The position numbers and the translations under genes were made by a program. The notes below the pieces were generated by a model. It was not told the origin of the DNA and did not search any database. It saw only the letters and a program-made list of their open reading frames with translations. A stretch of DNA of 64,000 nucleotides. It comes from Candidatus Moraniibacteriota bacterium (lineage in GTDB: Bacteria; Patescibacteriota; Minisyncoccia; Moranbacterales; UBA9337). The DNA lies in NCBI GenBank assembly GCA_028695135.1, contig JAQVJM010000003.1, forward strand, positions 2,571 to 66,570, in the 5' to 3' direction. This document shows, piece by piece, positions 10,007-21,726 of the stretch; the stretch's first letter is position 1; the number at the start of each line of letters is the position of its first letter.

Positions 10007-11080
10007 ATGGCGGATAAAAAAGAAAAAAAAGAGATAAAAAATATAAAATTAAGCACAATTCTTATTGGTGTTGCTGTTTTTATATCCATTCTAATGATAA
10101 TTTCATCCGTAATCGTATACGGGTTTGGCGACAGGGTTTCTTTTTCCAAAAACATAAGTTCTGTTTTTCCTATGCCTGCAATCATAATCGATAAAACAAT
10201 AATTATCACTACCAAGGAAATAAATTCCAATCTTAATTCTATCGAGAGATTCTATGAAAGCCAGGATTTTTCTTCTATAGGACTAAGAGTTGATTTTAAG
10301 ACAGAAGAAGGAAGGAAAAGATTGAAAATAAGAGAAAAAGAACTTATCAATAAGATGATTGAAGATAGGGTTATTGAAAAAATAGCCAAGGAAAAAGGGA
10401 TTTTTATCTCCAATAAACTTGTGGATGAAAGTGTAAGCAGAAAAATAAGCGAGTATGGAGGCGAGAGCGCTATAAAAGATAATCTGAAAAATCTTTATGG
10501 ATGGTCGCTGGATGATTTTAAGAAAAAAGTCGTAAGGCCTGGTTTATATAAGGAAGAGCTGGAAAAATGGTTTGCCGAAGATGAAAAGAGAGAAGAAAAT
10601 GAGGCTGCTAAAAAAATGGCGGAAGAATCTCTGGAAAGTCTGTCTTCAGGAAAAGGCTTCGCGGAAGTTGCCAAAGAAAAATCCTTAGGTTCAAATGCAA
10701 AATCGGGCGGCTATCTGGGATGGTTTAGGGAGGAATATATTGCTGATGAACTTATCCCTGCAGTTTCTTCTTTGGAGGAGGGAAAAATAAGCAAGGTTAT
10801 CGAGAGCAGGCAAGGTTACCATATAGTAAAGCTTGAGGGCAAAAAAACCGATGAGGATGGCGCGGCGCTATTTGGTATAAGCCAGATTTATTTTCCCAAG
10901 GCTTCATTTGCCGATTGGATAAGTGAAGAAATAAAGAGAGTAAACGTCAATATATTAATAAGCGGATATGATTGGGAAAGTAGAACGGGTATGGCGGTTT
11001 TTAGTGACAAAGAAATGGAAAAATTTGAAGAAAGAGTCCTGAAAGAGAATATCGAGGATGTCTCACTATTGTCAATTTGA
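10007..11080 (+). CDS. SurA/PrsA-like parvulin peptidyl-prolyl isomerase
   Basis: TM anchor, SurA-N-like region, FAEVAKE.S...GGYLGWF...GYHIVK. Confidence 0.85.
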   Translation: MADKKEKKEIKNIKLSTILIGVAVFISILMIISSVIVYGFGDRVSFSKNISSVFPMPAIIIDKTIIITTKEINSNLNSIERFYESQDFSSIGLRVDFKTEEGRKRLKIREKELINKMIEDRVIEKIAKEKGIFISNKLVDESVSRKISEYGGESAIKDNLKNLYGWSLDDFKKKVVRPGLYKEELEKWFAEDEKREENEAAKKMAEESLESLSSGKGFAEVAKEKSLGSNAKSGGYLGWFREEYIADELIPAVSSLEEGKISKVIESRQGYHIVKLEGKKTDEDGAALFGISQIYFPKASFADWISEEIKRVNVNILISGYDWESRTGMAVFSDKEMEKFEERVLKENIEDVSLLSI

Positions 11081-11168
11081 TGATATTAGTTGTATAATTT
11101 CATCATATAAAAATTTATTTAATAATTAATATTTCTGAGGACGCTTATAGTCGTTATCGGAAAAAAAT

Positions 11169-11366
11169 ATGGTCAAAGTAAAAGTCGATGAAAACTTATG
11201 TATAGGGTGCGGCACGTGTGAAGCGCTTTGCCCCAACGTTTTTAAAGTTGATATGGAAACGGGAAAATCGAAAGTTATTGCTGATGAATGCGGAGACTGC
11301 AACTGCCAAGAGGCTATTGATAGCTGTCCGGTTAGTGCCATTTCGATGGTCAAAGAGGGGGAGTAA
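11169..11366 (+). CDS. Monocluster ferredoxin
   Basis: CIGCGTC...CP and CPVSAI. Confidence 0.9.
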   Translation: MVKVKVDENLCIGCGTCEALCPNVFKVDMETGKSKVIADECGDCNCQEAIDSCPVSAISMVKEGE

Positions 11367-11446
11367 AAAAATTTCTTCCAGTTAGCCGATAGTCGAATAT
11401 CTTATCTGGAGTTTTGCTAATTAAATTTTTTCCGACATTTTTCGAG

Positions 11447-12187
11447 ATGTTTTTATATATACCTGCTATATTTCAGGCAATACTATTTATCCTGAGCTTG
11501 GAGCTGCTAGCTTTTTATAGCAGATTTTTTTGGCTTTTTTTTGCTATATTCCTGGTAATCTCATTTGCTGGATTCAGAATAGTGATAAAAAAATGGTCAT
11601 TTTGGTATCTTTCAATATTATTTTTTCTTTCTGTTTGGACTATTATTCACCTGATTGATAACCACTCTGAAAAGCATGTTTTTATCTTATTGAGTTCCAT
11701 AATTTATTATTTCCTTCTTCTGGGAATATACAGATCCGAAAAAAACATAAAAGATCAGACTGCCAGAGGCATAATCTCAATGGTTCTAATGGCTTCCTTT
11801 TTCCTGTTTTTTTCCGCCAGTTACGGAATTTATCTTAATTTCAGAATTTCTTCGTGGATATTAATGCTGTTTTATTTTTTTAATGTAGCGGTGCTGAGCT
11901 ATCAATATTTTACCATTATAGAAAGACGGAAAAAGAGAATAGTATTGATTTACAGCCTTATCTTGGGGTTAGCCATGCTTGAAATGGGATGGATTGTTAA
12001 TTTTTGGCCATTCGGATATCTGACCACCGGTTTCATTCTGTTAATGTTTTATTACATCCTGTGGGATCTCGTCCAAAGTTATTTTTTGAGAAGGCTTTCT
12101 AAAAAGAAGGTTTTTGTCAATCTGATAATTTTTATTTCTATTTCGACTATGGTTCTCTCGAGTTCCAGATGGCTTCCGGCAATATAA
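11447..12187 (+). CDS. Polytopic membrane protein (DUF5656-like, tentative)
   Basis: About 8 hydrophobic helices, E..W...FWP motif; ATG 11447 preferred over TTG 11414. Confidence 0.55.
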   Translation: MFLYIPAIFQAILFILSLELLAFYSRFFWLFFAIFLVISFAGFRIVIKKWSFWYLSILFFLSVWTIIHLIDNHSEKHVFILLSSIIYYFLLLGIYRSEKNIKDQTARGIISMVLMASFFLFFSASYGIYLNFRISSWILMLFYFFNVAVLSYQYFTIIERRKKRIVLIYSLILGLAMLEMGWIVNFWPFGYLTTGFILLMFYYILWDLVQSYFLRRLSKKKVFVNLIIFISISTMVLSSSRWLPAI

Positions 12188-12220
12188 TCTTTTAAAAAAA
12201 ATAGTTAATTACTATAAATT

Positions 12221-13384
12221 ATGTTAAAGAAAAAAATAATCAAATGGCTGGTGATAGGATTAATGATGTTTATCGTGGGAGGTTTTGGAGGATTTATATT
12301 CGACAGATATCTCATGCCTTTTTTAGGGAGTTGCAGATTTTTTTCCAAATATGATTTTTTACAAGGAAGCGGAAAGAACACCACCATAATAAGAGAAACC
12401 GAAAGAGTCGTGGTCAAGGACGATAATTCAGTAAACGAGCTGGCTTCCTCGGCGGCACAGTCCGTAGTGGACGTTTTTGCCATAACGGATATTCAAGAAA
12501 ACGCTTTTTCATCGAAATCGGATCAAAAAGAAGGAAAAAGAGGAGCTGGGACTATCCTGACTAATGATGGAGTCGTCGTCACCCATAAAAACAATGTTTT
12601 TGAAGATGAAAGTTCCAAATATTACATAACTATTTTTGATGGAAATGTTTTCGAGGCTAATTTGATAGGAGTGGATAATTTTTCCGATCTGGCTTTTTTG
12701 CAAGTGGAAGGAGTAAATCTATCAGCTGTTCCTTTTGCCAATTCTGACGATGCTATAATAGGAAAAAAGGTCATTGCTCTCGGACGTTCTTTTGGAAGCC
12801 ATCAAGTGAGCATAGCGGAGTCCATATTGAGCGATTATAATGAAATTTTCAATTTGGCGGGCAAGGAGCTGTCTTCCTCCGAAAAATTAGAAGGAGTTTT
12901 TAATTTAAGTTTTAATGTTAATGAGAACTATGTAGGCGGTCCAATAGTGGATTATAATGGGGAACTGATCGCTATTACGTCTTTTGTTGATTTTGATAAT
13001 GAAAAAGAGTATTTTCAAATACCTTCCAATAAAGTAAAAAATTCCATGAACAAAATATTCTCCGGCGAAGCGGAAAATTCCGCCAAGCTAGGGGTTTATT
13101 ATATATCTATCGATGATTATTTTTCCCGATTAAGCAGTCTTCCGATAAAGGAAGGCGCGATAATTTATTCCTCTTCCGGAAAACAGGGACTGGCTGTTAT
13201 TTCCAATAGTCCGGCGGAAAAAGCAGGCATAAAAATAAATGACATCATAGTTTCTATAAACGGAGAAAAGATCGATCTGAAAAATCCTTTATCCAGTATA
13301 ATCAACAAGCATAAGGTCGGAGATAGGATCCAGATGGAAATATTAAGAGGAAATAAAGAGATGGATCTGGATGTCCAGCTTTAG
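12221..13384 (+). CDS. HtrA/DegP-like trypsin-PDZ protein, catalytic His and Ser apparently substituted
   Basis: TM anchor, G.G.I...DG, DLAFL, ..VGGP, C-terminal PDZ (SPAEKAG...DII). Confidence 0.8.
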   Translation: MLKKKIIKWLVIGLMMFIVGGFGGFIFDRYLMPFLGSCRFFSKYDFLQGSGKNTTIIRETERVVVKDDNSVNELASSAAQSVVDVFAITDIQENAFSSKSDQKEGKRGAGTILTNDGVVVTHKNNVFEDESSKYYITIFDGNVFEANLIGVDNFSDLAFLQVEGVNLSAVPFANSDDAIIGKKVIALGRSFGSHQVSIAESILSDYNEIFNLAGKELSSSEKLEGVFNLSFNVNENYVGGPIVDYNGELIAITSFVDFDNEKEYFQIPSNKVKNSMNKIFSGEAENSAKLGVYYISIDDYFSRLSSLPIKEGAIIYSSSGKQGLAVISNSPAEKAGIKINDIIVSINGEKIDLKNPLSSIINKHKVGDRIQMEILRGNKEMDLDVQL

Positions 13385-13461
13385 ATATGTATTTGGCATT
13401 TTTTATGTTAAAATTGAAAGGAAGGTTTCTAAATTAGTACGATTGGAAAAATAGAATTTTT

Positions 13462-15960
<2,499 letters not shown>

Positions 15961-15965
15961 AAAAA

Positions 15966-16859
15966 ATGAACGGTTTCAGAAGAACCAAGGTTCATTCTTT
16001 GACCTTGGGAGAAAAATTGAGAAATATCAGGAATAATAGAAGAGTGAGCCTTTCCGATATATCCAAAAATACGAGGATTCAGATCGAATACCTGGAATAT
16101 TTGGAACAGGGAGCTTATGAGAGACTTCCTGCCGATGTTTATGTGAAAGGATTTTTAAAAAGTTTCGCCGAATATCTCAATGTGGACGAGAGAGACTTGA
16201 TCAGATCTTTTGAAAAGGAAAAAAGTATCCAACAAAACATCAAGGGGGATAGTAAAAAAGAAAATCCGAAAAAAATAAATTTATCCAATTTTTCCATAAA
16301 CCCTAAAGTTATTTCGATCGTTTTCATGTCGTTATTATTTTTGGGACTATCTTTTTATTTATACAAAAAATTAAATGATTTTGTTTCCATACCGGATCTG
16401 GTAATCCTTAATCCCGAAAGCGGATCTATTATCAATGATGATCAAGTAGTGGTAAGCGGAAGAACCGATGCGGGCAATGAAGTTTTTATAAACAATCAGC
16501 CGATCCTGGTTGACGAGAACGGATCTTTTCAAGAGAATCTTATACTAAGAAATGGGATAAACATTATTACGGTGAGAAGTATAAACAGATTCGATAAAGA
16601 ATCTGTGAGAGAGATTTCCGTAGATGCTCAATACGAATCAGAAGATGCTTTTGAAAATGGAGGAGACAGGACTGAAGAAGAGAGTCCTAACCAAGAAGAA
16701 TCGAACGAAGAGGAAAGTCCGAATCAGGCTGATCCGGAAAAAGTTGATTCGGAAAGCCCGGAAAATTTGGAAAACCCGGAAAATAAAGAAAATTCCGATG
16801 TGTCAGGAGAAACAAATTCTACAGAGGAAGAAAGCGTCCCTGTGGATAACCAGCAATAA
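15966..16859 (+). CDS. RodZ-like HTH membrane protein with Ig-like domain and acidic tail
   Basis: LGEKLR..R, YLEYLE.G.Y..LP.DVYVKGFL, TM helix, beta-rich domain. Confidence 0.75.
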   Translation: MNGFRRTKVHSLTLGEKLRNIRNNRRVSLSDISKNTRIQIEYLEYLEQGAYERLPADVYVKGFLKSFAEYLNVDERDLIRSFEKEKSIQQNIKGDSKKENPKKINLSNFSINPKVISIVFMSLLFLGLSFYLYKKLNDFVSIPDLVILNPESGSIINDDQVVVSGRTDAGNEVFINNQPILVDENGSFQENLILRNGINIITVRSINRFDKESVREISVDAQYESEDAFENGGDRTEEESPNQEESNEEESPNQADPEKVDSESPENLENPENKENSDVSGETNSTEEESVPVDNQQ

Positions 16860-16865
16860 AATATT

Positions 16866-16899
16866 TTGACAGAGATAGCGATAGTGATATAATATCACT
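16866..16899 (+). promoter_or_regulatory. recA sigma70 promoter with palindrome over -10
   Basis: TTGACA(16866)-16 nt-TATAAT(16888); AGTGATAT-A-ATATCACT at 16883-16899. Confidence 0.7.
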
Positions 16900-16948
16900 G
16901 TGAGAAGTGAGATAATATAACAATTTAAAAATATGGCAATACAAAAAT

Positions 16949-17965
16949 ATGGCAAATAAAAAAACAGAAGAAAAAAATATTAAAGATGAAAGAACTAAAA
17001 AAGTGGAAGGCGTTGTTGATGAGATAAAGCAAAAATTCGGCGAAGGAATGATAATGAAATTGGGGGAAGTTAAGAAAGTAGATGTCGCTTCCATCCCCAC
17101 CGGTTCGGTTTCTTTGGATATCGCTTTGGGGATTGGAGGAGTTCCTCGGGGAAGAGTCATAGAAATATACGGCCCCGAATCATCCGGGAAAACTACCCTA
17201 TCTCTCCATATCGCCGCTAACGCCCAAAAGGCCGGAGGTACGGTGGCGTTTGTGGACGCTGAGCATGCTATGGATCCGGAGTACGCCAAAAAAATAGGGG
17301 TGGACATAGATAATCTCTTAATTTCACAGCCGGATGCGGGAGAGCAAGCTTTGGATATAGTGGAAACGCTTGTTTCCAGTAAGGCGGTGGATGTGATCGT
17401 AGTAGACAGCGTAGCCGCTTTGGTGCCAAGAGCGGAGATTGAGGGCGAGATGGGCGATCAGCATATCGGACGCCAAGCCAGGCTGATGTCCCAGGCTCTC
17501 AGAAAACTTACTCCGATAGTTGCCAAATCGAACACAATCGTTATCTTTATAAATCAGATAAGGATGAAAATAGGAGTGATGTTCGGAAATCCTGAGACTA
17601 CTACCGGAGGGCAGGCTTTGAAGTTTTATTCTTCGGTGAGAATAGAAGTGCGGAGAAGCGCGCAGATCAAGAAAGGTGATAAAATTGTCGGAAACAGAGT
17701 AAAAGTCAAAGTAGTCAAAAATAAAGTCGCTCCGCCATTTCGGAATACGGAATTTGATATTATGTACAACGAAGGCATTTCCAGGGGCGGGGACCTCATA
17801 GATACCGGAGTGGCGCTCGGCGTTGTCAAAAAATCAGGCAATTCATATTCTTTTGAAGATGAAAAATTGGGATTAGGAAGAGAAAAAGCCAAAGAAACAT
17901 TGAGAGAAAACAAATCTTTATTCAATAAAATCGAAAAAGCGGTTTTAAAGACTGCTAAAGAATGA
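16949..17965 (+). CDS. recA: Recombinase A
   Basis: [35 protein letters not shown]. Confidence 0.99.
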   Translation: MANKKTEEKNIKDERTKKVEGVVDEIKQKFGEGMIMKLGEVKKVDVASIPTGSVSLDIALGIGGVPRGRVIEIYGPESSGKTTLSLHIAANAQKAGGTVAFVDAEHAMDPEYAKKIGVDIDNLLISQPDAGEQALDIVETLVSSKAVDVIVVDSVAALVPRAEIEGEMGDQHIGRQARLMSQALRKLTPIVAKSNTIVIFINQIRMKIGVMFGNPETTTGGQALKFYSSVRIEVRRSAQIKKGDKIVGNRVKVKVVKNKVAPPFRNTEFDIMYNEGISRGGDLIDTGVALGVVKKSGNSYSFEDEKLGLGREKAKETLRENKSLFNKIEKAVLKTAKE

Positions 17966-18015
17966 TTCACATAAAAGATATTTTACAAAGGTGCTATATA
18001 GTAACTTGATGTTTT

Positions 18016-18360
18016 ATGAAAATCAAAGGCTTTGTTATTGGCGGGAAAAATAAGGGAGAAAAGATTGGGTTTCCAACTGTCAATTTAGAATTGGATGAAA
18101 AAGTCAGTAAAGATGTGGATCCCGGGGTTTTCTCTGGAAAAGTTTTTATTGATGAAGAGGAGAAAAAAGCCGGGATTTTTATAAATTCTGACAAAAAAAT
18201 ATTGGAAGCGCATATCTTGGATTTTTCCGGAGATTTACGAGGAAGAGAGATTGAGATTGAGATTGATGAAAAGTTGCGGGATGTTATGAAATTTGAAAAT
18301 GATGAAGAACTGATTGATCAAATAGGAAAAGACGTTGAAAAAGTTAGAGATATGAAGTAA
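18016..18360 (+). CDS. Stand-alone riboflavin kinase (C-terminal domain of RibF)
   Basis: G..IGFPTVN, LEAHILDF.GDL.G, LR...KF....L..QI..D. Confidence 0.85.
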   Translation: MKIKGFVIGGKNKGEKIGFPTVNLELDEKVSKDVDPGVFSGKVFIDEEEKKAGIFINSDKKILEAHILDFSGDLRGREIEIEIDEKLRDVMKFENDEELIDQIGKDVEKVRDMK

Positions 18361-18385
18361 GGTTATAGGAGGATTTAATATATTT

Positions 18386-18413
18386 CTGGATCCTGGATCA
18401 AGTCCGGGACGAC
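18386..18413. repeat. Short palindromic REP-like element
   Basis: ctggatcctggatcaagtccgggacgac; imperfect hairpin tcctgga/tccggga. Confidence 0.5.
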
Positions 18414-18420
18414 AAGTTGC

Positions 18421-19011
18421 ATGTTCACTGGAATAATAAAGAAAGTTTCTATAGTTGAAGAAGTATCCTTCAAAAAAGGAAGTCTTTTTGTCGAGGTTAA
18501 AAAACCATCTGGCTGGAAGATTTGGGAAGGAGGAAGTATTTCTATAAACGGAGTGTGTTCTACCGTGAGACGGTTTGATTCCAAAATTTTCGAAGTGGAA
18601 TATATGCCCGAGACGATAAAAAAGACCACCGTAGGCGGATTCAAGAAAGGAACTGTTGTGAATCTGGAAAAAAGCCTTAAAATGAATGACCTCTTGGACG
18701 GGCATTTGGTCCAGGGACATATTGATGCTAGAGGAGAGATAATAGAGAAGAAAAAAGTTAAAGAATCGGAAATTGTCAAAGTCCGGGTGCTCAAAAAATT
18801 TATGGTTTTTATCGCTCCCAAGGGATCGGTTTCCATTGATGGGATAAGCCTTACTGTTGTGGATGCCGGAGCGGATTGGTTTACTGTTTCGCTTGTAAGC
18901 TATACGATAGAAAATACCAATATGCACGCGCTAAAAGTTGGAGATGAGGTAAATGTTGAAACAGACGTGCTAGCTAAGTATCTGTACAATTTTTATAAAC
19001 AGCGCAGATAA
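18421..19011 (+). CDS. ribE: Riboflavin synthase
   Basis: MFTGII start, SISINGVC.TV, GHLVQGHID, VNVETD. Confidence 0.95.
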   Translation: MFTGIIKKVSIVEEVSFKKGSLFVEVKKPSGWKIWEGGSISINGVCSTVRRFDSKIFEVEYMPETIKKTTVGGFKKGTVVNLEKSLKMNDLLDGHLVQGHIDARGEIIEKKKVKESEIVKVRVLKKFMVFIAPKGSVSIDGISLTVVDAGADWFTVSLVSYTIENTNMHALKVGDEVNVETDVLAKYLYNFYKQRR

Positions 19012-19090
19012 ACGCGGATCTATACGCCGATAAACGCAGATAAAAAAATAATTCTGCGTCATTCCGCGTATTTGTCAGCGCAAATCCGCT
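19001..19090. repeat. Degenerate ~10-mer repeats (ACGCAGATAA) with inverted copies
   Basis: gcgcagataa acgcggatc acgccgataa acgcagataa ... tctgcgt, tccgcgt, tcagcgc. Confidence 0.65.
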
Positions 19091-19099
19091 TCTACATAT

Positions 19100-19561
19100 A
19101 TGCAAAGAAAAAACAAGAAAGATAATAAAATAATTGATGGAAAAGATCTAAGAATCGGAATTATTGCGAGCGAATTTAACTGGGACATCGTAGGAAGCAT
19201 GCTTGAAGGAGCTCTGGATTTGTTAAAAAAAAATAATGTAAAAAAAGAAAGTATTAAAATTGTAAAAGTTCCGGGATCCTTTGAAATACCGCTGGCTTGT
19301 CAAAAACTTGCTCATAGTGATAAATTCGACGCTCTGATCGCTCTAGGATGCGTGATAAAAGGGGAAACCGGGCATTATTATTATGTGGCGGGAGAAGCGT
19401 CAAAAGGTGTCATGGATGTTATGCTTAAATTTTCTTTGCCGATCGGGTTTGGCATAATTACAACTGATAATTTAGCACAAGCAAAAAAACGATCCGGCGG
19501 GAAAAACAACAAAGGGAAAGAAGCTGCTGAAGCGGCGCTTAGGATGATTTTGATAAAATAA
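19100..19561 (+). CDS. ribH: 6,7-dimethyl-8-ribityllumazine synthase
   Basis: VPGSFEIP, LGCVIKGET.H, FGIIT, NKG.EAA. Confidence 0.95.
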   Translation: MQRKNKKDNKIIDGKDLRIGIIASEFNWDIVGSMLEGALDLLKKNNVKKESIKIVKVPGSFEIPLACQKLAHSDKFDALIALGCVIKGETGHYYYVAGEASKGVMDVMLKFSLPIGFGIITTDNLAQAKKRSGGKNNKGKEAAEAALRMILIK

Positions 19562-19569
19562 TAAAAATT

Positions 19570-19723
19570 TTCCCCCTTTAGAAAATGGGGCGGTCGCTCG
19601 CTTTGACTAGCGAGTGGGGGAATTGAAAAATTTTCGAAGTGAGTGGAGATAATAGATTTTTCTAAATTTTTCAAATCCCTCTGTCCCGCCTCGGCGAGAC
19701 ATCCCCCTTTTCTAAAGGAAGAG
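19570..19723. repeat. REPIN/MITE-like composite palindromic element, copy 1
   Basis: CCCCTTT..AAA.GGGG hairpins at both ends; similar to 44191-44329. Confidence 0.7.
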
Positions 19724-19745
19724 CTTATTTAGATGTTTTAAATTT

Positions 19746-20540
19746 ATGAAACTGATAGATGGTAAAAAAATAGCTGATGGAATTTTGGCAGAGCTTAAAG
19801 AAAAAATAAAAAACAGCGGGTTTGTTCCGGGACTGGCTGTTGTTTTGGTCGGAAACGACAAGGCCTCCCAAATTTATGTCGGACTTAAGGAAAAAGCCGC
19901 TCGGGAAGTCGGGATTAATTTTGAGAAATTTTTATTTGATGAAGATGTTAAAGAAGAAGAAATTATATCGAAAATTGAAGGACTGAATAAGAATGAAAAT
20001 ATCCACGGAATAATAGTCCAGCTCCCATTGCCTGAAAAATTTGATACGGACAAGATTATAAATGCAATTTATCCCGAAAAAGATGCCGATGGATTTCGTA
20101 ATGGCAGCAAAAATGAAAATCCGGTCTTTCCTTCTGCAATCATGAAAATGATCCGGTCAGAAAGTGGGGATATAAAGAGTGCTGTCATAATAACCAAATC
20201 AAGCAAGTTCGGGGAATCGATGCAGGGAGTTCTGGAAAAGAACAATGTTGAAAGCGATTATTTATTCTGTGATAAATTCGAAAAAGATGATTTGAGCGGA
20301 TATGATGCGGTCATTACCGCTTGCGGAATGCCGGATCTTATCGGCAGTGAGTCAGTGAGAGACGGAGCAGTCGTGATTGACGGGGGGATAAAGAAGGAAG
20401 GGAAGAAAGTTCTGGGGGACATCGATATCGAATCTTTTAAAAATACGGATTGTGCGGTTTCGCCGGTTCCCGGAGGAGTCGGACCGGTAACCGTTGCCTG
20501 TCTTTTGGAAAGCGTCTATGAGCTTGCCTTAAAAAAATAA
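19746..20540 (+). CDS. folD: Methylenetetrahydrofolate dehydrogenase/cyclohydrolase (divergent, short)
   Basis: IDGK..A, YV..K, GIIVQLPLP, KDADG, PVPGGVGPVT. Confidence 0.9.
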   Translation: MKLIDGKKIADGILAELKEKIKNSGFVPGLAVVLVGNDKASQIYVGLKEKAAREVGINFEKFLFDEDVKEEEIISKIEGLNKNENIHGIIVQLPLPEKFDTDKIINAIYPEKDADGFRNGSKNENPVFPSAIMKMIRSESGDIKSAVIITKSSKFGESMQGVLEKNNVESDYLFCDKFEKDDLSGYDAVITACGMPDLIGSESVRDGAVVIDGGIKKEGKKVLGDIDIESFKNTDCAVSPVPGGVGPVTVACLLESVYELALKK

Positions 20541-20543
20541 AAA

Positions 20544-20567
20544 ATGAACATATCTTCGTATGTTCAT
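20544..20567. terminator. Hairpin between folD and the tRNA unit; U-tract on minus strand
   Basis: atgaacata-tcttcg-tatgttcat preceded by A-run. Confidence 0.6.
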
Positions 20568-20576
20568 TCAAATATA

Positions 20577-20660
20577 GTGCCGAAGGAGGGACTTGTCCGC
20601 CAGAGACGGATTTCTGTTTGTTGCAAAATCATAGATTTTTACAAGCAGATAAAACTCTCA
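20577..20660 (-). pseudogene. tRNA-Leu-like 3' half remnant interrupted in the T-loop by a 57-nt structured insert
   Basis: gtgccgaaggagggacttg (20577-95) + insert + aactctca (20653-60) parallels gtgcccggagagagactcg-aactctca of the adjacent tRNA. Confidence 0.5.
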
Positions 20661-20671
20661 AATTTTAGATG

Positions 20672-20755
20672 TGCCCGGAGAGAGACTCGAACTCTCACAG
20701 TATTGCTACCATTGGATTTTGAGTCCAACGCGTCTACCAATTCCGCCATCCGGGC
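20672..20755 (-). tRNA. tRNA-Leu (anticodon CAA), CCA not encoded
   Basis: Reverse complement GCCCGGA TGGCGGAATTGGTAGACGC G TTGGA CTCAAAA TCCAA variable arm GAGAG TTCGAGT CTCTC TCCGGGC A. Confidence 0.96.
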
Positions 20756-20806
20756 TTTTTATGTGGATTGTGTTTATTTTAAAAAAATATTATACTATAA
20801 ATAATT

Positions 20807-21592
20807 ATGGCAAAGATTATTTCATTAGTCAATCAGAAAGGCGGAGTAGGAAAAACCACGTCTGCTATCAACTTGGCGACTTATCTGGCAAATGCCGGAA
20901 AAGTTGTTCTTTTGGTCGATCTGGATCCTCAGGGGAACGCTTCCTCGGGCTTAGGGGTAAATGTCAGGGAAATCGAGAATAATCTTTATGAAGCGATGAT
21001 ATTAGGGCATAATCCTAGGGGAATAATAGTAAGGACAGATTCAGGAGGCTATGATGTTTTGCCGTCCTCCCAAGATTTGGCGGGTTCGGAAATAGAGATG
21101 ATCCATTTGGATAACCGGGAATATAAATTATACAATGTTTTAAGGCAAGTAAGAACGGATTACGATTATATAATTATAGATAGCCCTCCAAGCCTGGGGC
21201 TCTTAACTATAAACGGGCTTGTCGCCAGCGATGAAATAATCATTCCTGTTCAGACGGAATATTATGCGCTTGAAGGTCTTAGCCAACTTTTGGAAACCAT
21301 AAGCCTGGTAAAAGAAAACATTCAGCCGGACTTAAAAATAAAAGGAGTCCTGCTTACTATGTTCGACAGGAGAAACCGTTTGGCGCGCCAGGTAGTCAAA
21401 GAAGTCAGAGAGCATTTTCCCGGCCATGTTTTTGAAAGCGTCATTCCTCGAAGCGTGCGATTAGCAGAAGCTCCCAGTTTTGGAAAATCTATTCTTCATT
21501 TCGATTCTTTTTCCAAAGGCGCCAGGGCCTATAAGGGGTTAGCCAGAGAAATAATAGATATGGATGAGAGTAGCAGGGGATTTATAGTCTAG
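20807..21592 (+). CDS. parA: Chromosome partitioning ATPase Soj/ParA
   Basis: NQKGGVGKTT, DLDPQGNAS, IDSPPSLG, VRLAEAPSFG. Confidence 0.96.
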   Translation: MAKIISLVNQKGGVGKTTSAINLATYLANAGKVVLLVDLDPQGNASSGLGVNVREIENNLYEAMILGHNPRGIIVRTDSGGYDVLPSSQDLAGSEIEMIHLDNREYKLYNVLRQVRTDYDYIIIDSPPSLGLLTINGLVASDEIIIPVQTEYYALEGLSQLLETISLVKENIQPDLKIKGVLLTMFDRRNRLARQVVKEVREHFPGHVFESVIPRSVRLAEAPSFGKSILHFDSFSKGARAYKGLAREIIDMDESSRGFIV

Positions 21593-21726
21593 CCACTAAA
21601 TTTAAAATCCTAAATAAATATAAAATTTAAATATTTAAATACAAAATTTTGAGATTTGAGATTTGTATTTTGATCTGTCCCGATAGATCAAAATTTTCAA
21701 TTTCGAATTTAAAATTCAAAGAATAT

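Noticed and set aside
20544-20982. ORFs 20544-20804 and 20671-20982
   Set aside because: They overlap the tRNA-Leu gene and parA; spurious
21649-21726. N-terminal extension of ParB (likewise efp 41365-41385)
   Set aside because: Derived from intergenic heptamer repeats; downstream starts match the family N-termini
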